Below, one piece after another: positions 1 to 9,018 of a stretch of DNA of 64,000 bases. The notes below the pieces were generated by a model that was not told the DNA's origin, ran no database searches, and worked only from the letters and a program-made list of their open reading frames with translations. Source of the DNA: Chrysemys picta bellii (taxonomy: Eukaryota). Every line of letters starts with the position of its first letter. Within the stretch, counting starts at the first letter, position 1. The translations under genes were made by a program, and so were the position numbers. The stretch covers positions 3,224,001-3,288,000 of the forward strand of contig NC_088812.1 in assembly GCF_011386835.1 (NCBI RefSeq), given 5' to 3'.

Positions 1-2057
1 TCCAGGTCCCAGCAGGAGTCCTCAGCCTCTTGCTTGAGCTGCGGGGAGCTGTGGGGCTGGGGCAGGTCCGTGGGGCCGGGCGCTGGGGGGTCCAGGGCGT
101 CTTCCACCTTCCACCACTAGAAAGGAAACCAACAGGCTCCATCAGGCCAGAGGAGACATTGGGAGAAGGGACTAGTGGTTAGAGCCAGGACTCTGGTTCC
201 ATCCCTCGCTCTAGGAGGGGAGCGGGGGCTAGTGGTTAGAGCAGGGGGCTGGGAGCCAGGACTCCTGGGTTCTAACCTCAGCTCGTACACTAAGCACGTC
301 TTGCCCCTTTTCCAGCTAGGTTTTGTTTTACGGAGAGAAATTCCAGAGACCAACTCGCCACAAACCTCCCCCGAGCCCAGCCCAGCCTGTGGGGCCCATG
401 GGACCGGCTCCAACGCTGTGCCGTGCTGGGCCCCAGAGATAAGAGAACCGGTTATCAGGACCCCGCAGCAGCTCCTGGCGGAGCGGGGGGACGGGGCCGT
501 GCCGACTGCCCGGAGGGGAGAGCGCCCCGGGATGGGGCTCGCAGACAGGATGTTAAAGGAGAGGTGGGGCCCCCCTCCGGGGACAGACATTCATCACGCA
601 AGTGAAGTGAGTTTGACTGCTCTCAGCCCAGCCCCTCTCCAGGTTCAATAAAAAGCCCAGATCAGAGGCTCAGCTGATGCTCAGTGATTAGATAGGGCGG
701 GGCTAGCAGGGGCTGCGGGTCAGGAGTGAGGGGCACCGGCAGAGCTGGGGGGCGGGGGGGGCTAGCAGGGGCTGCGGGTCAGGAGTGAGGGGCACCGGCA
801 GGGCTGAGGGGAGCTCAGGGCTGGGCTAGCAGGGGGCTGCGGGTCGGGAGTGAGGGGCACCGGCAGGGCTGAGGGGAGCCCAGGGCTGGGCTAGCAGGGG
901 CTGCGGGTCGGGAGTGAGGGGCACCAGCAGGGCTGAGGGGAGCCCAGGGCTGGGCTAGCAGGGGCTGCGGGTCGGGAGTGAGGGGCACCAGCAGGGCTGA
1001 GGGGAGCTCAGGGCTGGGCTAGCAGGGGGCTGCGGGTCGGGAGTGAGGGGCACCGGCAGGGCTGAGGGGAGCTCAGGGCTGGGCTAGCAGGGGCTGCGGG
1101 TCGGGAGTGAGGGGCACCGGCAGGGCTGAGGGGAGCTCAGGGCTGGGCTAGCAGGGGGCTGCGGGTCGGGAGTGAGGGGCACCGGCAGGGCTGAGGGGAG
1201 CTCAGGGCTGGGCTAGCAGGGGCTGCGGGTTGGGAGTGAGGGGCACCGGCAGAGCTGGGGGGCCAGGGCTGGGCTAGCAGGGGCTGCGGGTCGAGAGTGA
1301 GGGGCACCGGCAGAGCTGGGGGGGGGGCCAGGGCTGGGATAGCAGGGACACTGCAGGGATGGAGGGGCACCATTCACTGGAAGCTCCTTTAAGGTGAACT
1401 CTGGGATTTCACCCCCCAAACTAGGAATGGAACCCAGGCGTCCTGCCCCACAGCCCCACATGCGGTGGCTTAGCAGGACCCACCACCCAGTGAAACCTCC
1501 CCCTAGGGAAGAGGCTCCCCACCTCCTCCTCCAGCGACCAGGTGCCTCCTGCCTGCAGTCGGTCTTACCCCAGGGCCCTCGGGGGCTCGGAGCAGGACTT
1601 GCTTTGCCCGTGCAATTCAGCAGAGCTGCGATGAGGTTGGACGGGGTGGGGGCAAGGAACAGTCCTCTTCCCCCCCCCCCCCCATCACTTCCCTGCCTAA
1701 ACCAACAGAGCTCCCAAACCTTCCTGCCCCCCAAAAACACAGAGCCTAGAAATGCAGCCACCTCTGGGGAGCAGCACAGCTGCAGCTCCACACCAGAGAG
1801 GAGGGAAAAGAGTGACACCCTCCCCCCCACACACACCCCCTGCTGCGGGCAGCCCGGGCACCCACCCAACCAGTAAAGCAGCGACAAGTTCCACCCCTTG
1901 GAGCAAATCCATCGAGGGCCAGAGGTCAGGGGCAGCTCCTACCCCCCATACTGCCCCAGCCCCCCCTTACCTTGAGGATCTCCGACTGCTTCTCCTGGAA
2001 GTGGCAGAAGCCGGCCAGGCTGCTGATGGAGGGCAAGACGGCGTCGGCAAAGGCCAT
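1..2057 (-). CDS. KLF1: Krueppel-like factor 1 (EKLF), 5' part; gene continues beyond left edge
   Basis: Exon 2057-1971 reads MAFADAVLPSISSLAGFCHFQEKQSEILK with donor GTAAG. Exon 116-1 follows acceptor TTTCTAG and reads WWKVEDALDPPAPGPTDLPQPHSSPQLKQEAEDSCWDL. Matches the KLF1 N-terminus (LPSIS..., K|WW, WDLD) and intron position. Adjacent to GCDH as in mammals. Confidence 0.9.
703..1345 (+). repeat. G-rich ~64-bp minisatellite (~10 units) in KLF1 intron
   Basis: Unit gggtcgggagtgaggggcaccggcagggctgaggggagctcagggctgggctagcaggggctgc; the gggtc anchor recurs at 841, 905, 969, 1034, 1098, 1163, 1227, 1288. Confidence 0.95.
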
Positions 2058-2254
2058 GGCCAGCCGGGCCCCAGCTCAGAGCCAGGCTGGGGGGGATCAG
2101 AGCCCAAGGGCTGGTGGGGGGGGGTAAACCAACTCCCTGCCCCCCTCACGTGCTCCTCTCACCTCCACCCCCCCAGCTGCTGGTTGCCTCGAGACACCCT
2201 CTGAGCAGAGCTTCCCCCCCCCTTCAAACGCTACATTTCCCTCTTTCCCGCCCC

Positions 2255-2415
2255 CCTCTCATTGGCTAGCCAAGGTGATAAGGGGAACCTCTAGGCCAAT
2301 CAGAAGGAGGGGTGTGGCCCATGGGGGAGGCTAGCTGGGGACTTGGTTAATTTCACTCGAAGTGTGTGTGTGTGGGGGGGTCCCAGGTAGCTCAGGGCTG
2401 GGAAATTATCTCATG
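2255..2415 (-). promoter_or_regulatory. KLF1: KLF1 proximal promoter (GATA + CCAAT)
   Basis: TGATAA 2276-2281 lies about 11 nt upstream (gene sense) of CCAAT 2265-2261. A second CCAAT is at 2296-2300 and TTATCT at 2406-2411. Same GATA-then-CCAAT layout as the mammalian EKLF promoter. Confidence 0.6.
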
Positions 2416-2689
2416 CCCCGGCCCCTACCGGGGATCTCAAAGCGGCTGCAGATTCTGTCCCCCTCAGGGGCTGATTTATAAAGGGGCAGAGCCCCCCACC
2501 CACCCCCATTGGCAGCAACCCAGGCCTCGGCACCTGCTAGACTCAGCCCCCAGGTGCCCCTCGTGAGGCCCATCAGTAGCCGGGGCTGCTGCCCATGGAG
2601 GGATGATTGACGCCATTTGGTAGCCCTCTCCCGCTGGGGGGCCACTGGATGCTGCCAGAGAGTCAGGACACCCACCATCTCTGGGAGGG

Positions 2690-2985
2690 GAGTGGGGGTT
2701 AGTGGTTAGAGCAGGGGGCTGGGAGCCAGGACTCCTGGGTTCTCTCCCCGGCTCTGGGAGGGGAGTGGGGTCTAGTGGTTAGAGCAGAGGGGGCTGGGAG
2801 CCAGGACTCCTGGGTTCTGTCCCCAGCTCTGGGAGGGGAGTGGGGTCTAGTGGTCAGAACAGGGGGCTGGGAGTCAGAGTTCGTACATACTATTCCCGCC
2901 ACTCACCTGCTGGGTGACTTTGGCCAAATCACACACACACGCCCCGCCTTCGTGCCTCAGTTTCACCCCCTGTGAAATGGGGGTA
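2690..2985 (+). repeat. Tandem tRNA-like SINE heads (~74 bp) ending in a MIR-like SINE body
   Basis: agtggttagagc recurs at 2701, 2774, 2849, followed by cacctgctgggtgactttggcc...gtgcctcagtttc...tgtgaaatggggg (CORE-SINE-like body). Confidence 0.75.
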
Positions 2986-3494
2986 CTGCTACAGGCGCAG
3001 CGACCAGAGCAGCGTGGAAGGTTCGTGGTTGACTGGTCGGAGGCGAGGGGCCTCCCCCACCACAGCACCGGGCCGGGGCCTCCAGGCGGGAAGGAGGGTT
3101 TATGAATCACAGGAGGTCGGGGGATGGAAGGTGCCACCTAAATACAAATCATTGTCATGCCCCCAGACAGGTTCTAGTGGGTGAAACCAGGCCCAGAACA
3201 GGTCACGCAGTAGAGCCGGGGAGAGAACCCAGGAGTCCGGGCTCCCAGCCCCCTGCTCTAACCACTAGACCCCACTCCCCTCCCAGAGTTGAGGAGAGAA
3301 CCAGGAGTCCCGTCACTCTCTGTCCCCCTAACCCTGCCTGTCCTGGATTTTTATACCGCACTATTTTCTCTCTTCCGGCCTCAGCCCCTTTCGAATTTCA
3401 TCAAAGGAAACAAGGAACCAGAAATGCTGAGAATTTCCTGAGAAATAAAACAAGATTCAGGGAACCCCACCCTCCTGACCCCAACCAAGGGAGT

Positions 3495-3845
3495 ACAGTC
3501 TAGTGGTTAGAGCAGGGGGGCTGGGAGCCAGGACTCCTGGGTTCTCTCCCCAGCTCTGGGAGGGGAGTGGGGTCTAGTGGTTAGAGCGGGGGGGGGGGGC
3601 TGGGAGCCAGGACTCCTGGGTTCTCTCCCCAGCTCTGGGTGGGGAGTGGGGTCTAGTGGTTAGAGCAGGGGGGCTGGGAGCCAGGACTCCTGGGTTCTCT
3701 CCCCAGCTCTGGGGGGAGAGTGGGGTCTAGTGGTTAGAGCAGGGGGCAGGGAGTCAGGACTCCTGGGTTCTCTCCCCGGTTCTGGGGGGGAGTGGCGTCT
3801 AGTGGTTAGAGCAGGGGGGCAGGGAGCCAGGACTCCTGGGTTCTG
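3495..3845 (+). repeat. Tandem array of ~74-bp tRNA-like SINE-head units (5 copies)
   Basis: agtggttag at 3502, 3576, 3655, 3729, 3801; each unit contains ggagccaggactcctgggttct. Confidence 0.9.
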
Positions 3846-5064
3846 ATCCTGACTGACTGAAGCAGCTATTTTCTCTCCTATTCCCTGGTGGCTCCGTCTC
3901 CCCCTGGCTCCCATTGCCCCCCCCCCGACCCCCCAAGTCGGGCCTTCCCTGCAGAGACAACCCCCCTTTCCCCAAACCCGGCCCACTGCTTTCGGGGAAG
4001 CGCGCGGACGTAGATCACCATCCACCTGGGCTTTATCGGCCTGCCCCAGCGCGGCCCAGCCGCCTGCCCCAGCTCTGATACCGGGACAAAGCTGGAGATA
4101 AACCCCCCGGATCTGCTCCAGCAGCGGGGAACTTTCCAGCTGAGACATGGGGGATCAGTCCCCGGTGGGCAGGGGAGCGAAGGCAGGGCTAGAACGGGGC
4201 TGCAGGTCGGGACTGAGGGGCACCAAAGAGCTGGGATGGGGCCCAGGGCTGGAATAACCGAGCGGGGGAGGGATTGGGTCAGCTTCACGTCCCCAAATCC
4301 TGGGTCTGAGTCCGGGGGCGCCTTGGCCTCTGGGAGTTTGGCGATGGGTTTTGACCCGCCAGGCGCTGGGGGGGAACAACATACCCGATTCCCACCTCAG
4401 TGGGGAGCCCCCCCGGGGGTCCCCTCTGCCTACCCCCAGCCTCACTCTCACCCCTGATCCCAGAAGCCATTGCATCTCTCCCCCTGCCCCACTGGGCACA
4501 GAGAAGGGGGCAGATGAGTGTTTCCCTCTCTCCCTCCCAGCCCAGCAGCCATGACCTGACGCCTGCATGAGACGAGCTCGCTAGGCCTCAGCCCAGTCGG
4601 TTCTAACCCCCCGCCACGGCGCCTGCAGCCTCCCAAGGGGTCTGGGGGGGATCCCAGCCCCAGGGCAATGGCTGCACAGAGGTGGGGAGCTGGGATCAGG
4701 TTCCCCCCCTTAGCTGCTCTGACACCCCCCAGCAGCTCCCCCAGGTCCTGGGGCTGATGGCCGTTAGGGGCTGCTGGGCGCTAATCTGCAGCTCCAGTCG
4801 CACCAGGCCATGTGTGAGCCCTGATTAGCACGGGGGGGAGGGGAAGGGGGGCTGTGAGATCAGAGCCCTGCCAGGAGCTCTGAGCGCTCGAGGGGCCGCC
4901 AGGGACCTGCCTCACACCCACCCGACCCCGATCCCACGCTGGGGAAAGGGTCGGGATCCTTATCCCCATGATGCAGAGCGGGAAACCGAACCTGAGCTCT
5001 CCCAGCAAGTCAGGACAGAGCCAGGAATAGAACCCAGGAGTCCTGACTCCCAGTCCCCTGTTCT

Positions 5065-5335
5065 GGGCTAGCAGGGGGCTGCATATTGGGACTGAGGGAC
5101 AGTGGCAGATCTGAGCGGGGGAGCCTGGGGGGGGATAACAGGGGGCTGCGAGTCCAGAGTGAGGGGCACCGGCAGAGCAGGGGGCTGCGGGTCGGGAGTG
5201 AGGGGCACCGGCAGAGCTGGGGGCTGCGGGTCGGGAGTGAGGGGCTCCGGCAGGGCTGGGGGCTGCGGGTCGGGAGTGAGGGGCACCGGCAGGGCTGGGG
5301 GCTGCGGGTCGGGAGTGAGGGGCACCAGCAGGGCT
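5065..5335 (+). repeat. G-rich ~40-bp minisatellite of the same family as 703-1345
   Basis: Repeated gggggctgcgggtcgggagtgaggggcaccggcagggct units. Confidence 0.9.
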
Positions 5336-7026
5336 GTGCCCCCTGCACACACAGGCCCTGCCAGGGGCCAGGCGGGTAGAAAAGGGGAAGTGATTCTTTC
5401 CCCAAATCCGGCCGGTTGTGGCTCCTCTGGCCCATGTCCCTGCTGCCGCAACGAGCCATGTGACAGCCGCACCCCCGCCCAGGGCATGACCCCTGCCAAG
5501 CACAGACCACGCGGCAGGCGGGAGGTGCCAGGCCCTCGGGGCCGGCACTGCCTCTGGCCTTTTGCCTTTGGGATGCCCCCACCGTGAGGGGTGGTGTGAC
5601 AGGGAGAGCTCCCCCCCATACAGCCCCCCAACAGATCTCCCCGTGCCTCATAGGGACCCAGCTCCCCTCCGACCTCACCCCCACTCCCAGAGAGATATTG
5701 GTGGCAGTAGTGGGGTCCCCCATACTTCCCTATGCAGCCAGGCTGTGTCTGCTTGGGAGACAATCCCTTGCCTCTCCCCTCCTATGCCAAGCAGGGGCCA
5801 CCAGAGCTGTGGGGCTCAGAGTCAACACCTCACTGAGTTGCCACAGCGCAGTTCCCCCTGCTGAGGCTCAGGGCTTAGGCTCTCATCTGACTCAGGCAGC
5901 ATCTCTGGGTTCAAGAGCCTTCTCCACTGCATGCAGCTCCCGCCTCCCTGTACCTCTCTGCATTAGAGCTCAGCTGGACCCCCCCTCTCAAAGCCCCCCC
6001 TCTCTGAGGGAAGGGGCAACCCTTCGCATGGGCCTCTGAGCAGGCAAACTGGATTCTGCTGGGTTTAGAAATTCTGTGCAAGAAAGAGTTAAAGGGTCTT
6101 TTAAAAAGTGGGTGGGAAGATTGGCAGGGTGGCGGCTTGGCCTAGCGGCCAGGCTTCAGCCTAGACTGGGACACCTGGGTTCTATTCCCAGCTCTGCCCC
6201 TGATGTGCTTCATGATGCTGAGCCAGTCCCTTCCCCCCAACGGTGCCTCAGTTTCCCCTCCCACCTTCTGTATATTTAGCCTGTGAGCTCTTTGGGGCAA
6301 GGACTGTCGCTCATTCTGTGTCTGTGCCCGGCACAAGGGGGCCCCGATCTCAGTCAGGGTCTGTGCAGAGCCTGGTACAATGGGGCTGGTTGCAGATGTG
6401 CCCATTTCACAGAGAGTAAATAAACAAGGAGAGAGTTGGGCTGGTTTAGGGCACGACCTGCCCGGGCCGTGACCTCCCAGGCTGGTGGCATCATGTCACG
6501 GGGACCTTTTCACCTCCCTTATCAGGCTGTTTGCGTCGTCTGCCCATCCTCCCCGCCCCCCCGCCCCCAGCAATTTGGGGAAGTGGGGCCTGTGCTCTTT
6601 CCACATTCCAACCGCAAGGGTTTTTCTGAGAAACGCCCCCTTGCCCCCGTGCTCAGGGGCAGAGACCCAGGGTCGCTCCCCTCCCACTGGGGGCTTCCAC
6701 TGCCAAATGCCTTCCCTGCGCTCCCAGGAGAGAGATTGGTATCATCTCCCTGGGGAAACTGAGGCACAGAGTGGGCAAGTCACTTGCCCAAGGTCACCCA
6801 GTGAGTCAGTGACAAAGGTGGGAACCCAGGAGTCCAGGACACTCAGCCCCCCCCTCCCCGGTGTAATCACTAGACCCCGCTCCCCTCCTCTAACTCCCAG
6901 GTCCCTTCCTCAAGGTGCCTTCTCACAGATGTCCGGGGTGGGGGGAGCCCAGGGCTGGGCTGGCAGGGGCTGCGGGTCGGGAGTGAGGGGCACCAGTAGA
7001 GCTGGGGGAGAGGGGTTGTCCAGGCT

Positions 7027-7028
<2 letters not shown>

Positions 7029-7058
<30 letters not shown>
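7029..7058 (+). repeat. (GT)n microsatellite
   Basis: Uninterrupted tg/gt dinucleotide run. Confidence 0.95.
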
Positions 7059-7060
<2 letters not shown>

Positions 7061-7149
7061 CCCCTGCTCTCCCTGTAGGATGGGGGGGGGCTTTCAGAGC
7101 CTGGGGAGGGGGCGAGGGTTAGAAGCATCAATGGGCCCCCACCCGTTGG

Positions 7150-8215
7150 ACGCAGGGTCCCAGTGGTCCAGATGCCCCAGGCTAGACTCTGCAGCTGGTG
7201 GGGTGGGGGGGGGTGTCCGCCTCTCCAGCCAATCACAGCCCCCACCTGCTCTGGGGGGCGGAGCTTGGAGAGACATTTACTCTTGATCCCCCCAATACAC
7301 TTTATCTGCCTGCGGTTCACGTCGGAAGCGGGGGCGGGGCTGTTTCTGCACCACGTGCTCCTCCCCCCCCGCCCCCCACACGTGGCTGTATCATTTTTCG
7401 TGTTGCTCAAGCTCCTTCGCACGCCTCCTCTCGGTGGCCAATCACGGAGGGGTAAATCAACCACGCCCCCCCCCGTGAAAGGCGGGGTGCCGCTCCCTCC
7501 CTCTTCCCCCCTCCCCTTTGATAATTTCTCCCACTGTTTTTTTAACCCCCAAATCTCCCCACCCCCGGCGCAGCCGCAGAAGGATCCAGTTGTTGCAGGA
7601 ACAGTTGGCAGCCCGGAGATGCTGCATGCAGATGTTGCAAACAAATGTAGTGTGCATCTTAATGAGGCAAGCGGCCTGTGCAAGCAGGCAGTTACATGCA
7701 CAACCCCTCTCCCCCGAGTCTGCGTGCAAACGCTGCATGCACCCAGGGGTGCTGCAGGCCGAGGTGGCCATCATGCACCTGTTGCATGCATGCTTTCTCC
7801 CCTGTTTGTGTAGGCCAATGCTGCACGTGGGCGTTGCGTGCACCCTGAGGTTGCATGCATGCAGTTTTTGCAGACCAATGTGGCCGGCATGCGCCTGTGG
7901 CGGGCGTGCAGATGATTCACCCACGTGTAGCTGCAGGCAGAAGTGGCGCCACACAGGGGTTGCCTGCAGCATGCACCGGAGTGTCCAGTGCGGCACGTGC
8001 GAGCTCGCATGATGCGGTCTGTTACAGGCAATATGTGCCCGGCCTGCCGCCCGCTGCGGCCTCGCTGCTGAGCCAGGGGGACACCAAGGGGTTAATCTCG
8101 CTCGCTTCCGCCACACTCAAGATGTCGCGTCGCCCCGCCCCCTTCCTGCTGACGTCACGCCAAAGGGTTCCCTGGTTGCCCTTTGGTCAGGTTCAGAACC
8201 GCCCCTTCCCCCCAG
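7150..8215 (+). promoter_or_regulatory. GCDH: GCDH CpG-island promoter and probable non-coding first exon (donor after 8215)
   Basis: CpG-rich. CCAAT at 7229, 7438, 7815; GC boxes; CACGTG at 7352, 7379, 7824, 7922, 7994; GCATGCGC 7887-7894; CRE TGACGTCA 8150-8157; donor CAG|GTGAG at 8215/8216; pyrimidine-rich acceptor before 9007. Confidence 0.65.
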
Positions 8216-9018
8216 GTGAGTCGCTCTGTGCTGGGGGGGGGGTCGGTCTCTTTGATCAGCCCCGCCCCCCAGCCCGGGTGCAGGTGGCAGGGGCAGCCTG
8301 GGGGGGGGCGCTCTCCGGGGGGGGTTGCTTAGCTCAGCTCCCGGGTCCCATTTGCTGAGGCCTCCGTGGTACCTTGGGCTCGGTCTGGCCCCCCCCCGCC
8401 CCCGGCTCCCGCAGCTGGGCGATGCCTGGCCCTCTCCCCTCCCCCCCGGCAGCTAAAGCAAAGGGGCTGGGGGCTGGCAGCCAGGGGGTTAATGCACAGG
8501 TTCTGCACCCCCCCCCCCCCCGGGGCTTGTAACCTAACGAAGGCCCCGATCCTGGCGCTGGGTCCATTAGCAGAGCCCCACCCCGAATCCGTGGGGAGCT
8601 GTACTGGGAGGAGAGTCAGAGCCAAGAACAGAACCCAGGAGTCCTGGCTTCCAGCCCCCCCGCCCTAACCACTAGACCCCACTCCCCACCCAGAGGTGGG
8701 GCTTGGCTCAGAGATCCAGTGTGGATTGTGTGTCTGGGCCGTCCCTGCCCCTTAGCATAGCAACAAGCGGTGCTGTGGGTCCCGTCCACGCACCAGAACC
8801 CATGGGAGGGACCCGGCTGCAACACAGCTACCCCGTCCTGCCTTGTCGTGGAGACCGCACCATGTTACAGCGTTCAGGTGATACATCGGGGTACATGCTT
8901 ACACGATCAGCGGGACCCGTCTACACCCTGCCTCGTGACCGTGATTTATCAGTGTGTCTGGCTGTCACCCCTAAGCAGCCCCTCTCCCGTTTCCCTTCCC
9001 GACTAGAAGCAAACCCAG

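Noticed and set aside
2700-2775. Genuine tRNA gene
   Set aside because: A/B-box-like words are present but there is no complete cloverleaf (acceptor and anticodon stems do not pair); treated as SINE-derived.
8122-8215. Upstream ATG in GCDH exon 1 as an N-terminal extension
   Set aside because: After splicing to 9007 it is out of frame with GCDH; at most a uORF, and it may lie upstream of the TSS.
117-8700. Many 100-260 aa ORFs on both strands between KLF1 and GCDH
   Set aside because: Pro/Gly/Ala-rich translations of GC-rich repeats; stop-poor by composition; no splice or homology support.
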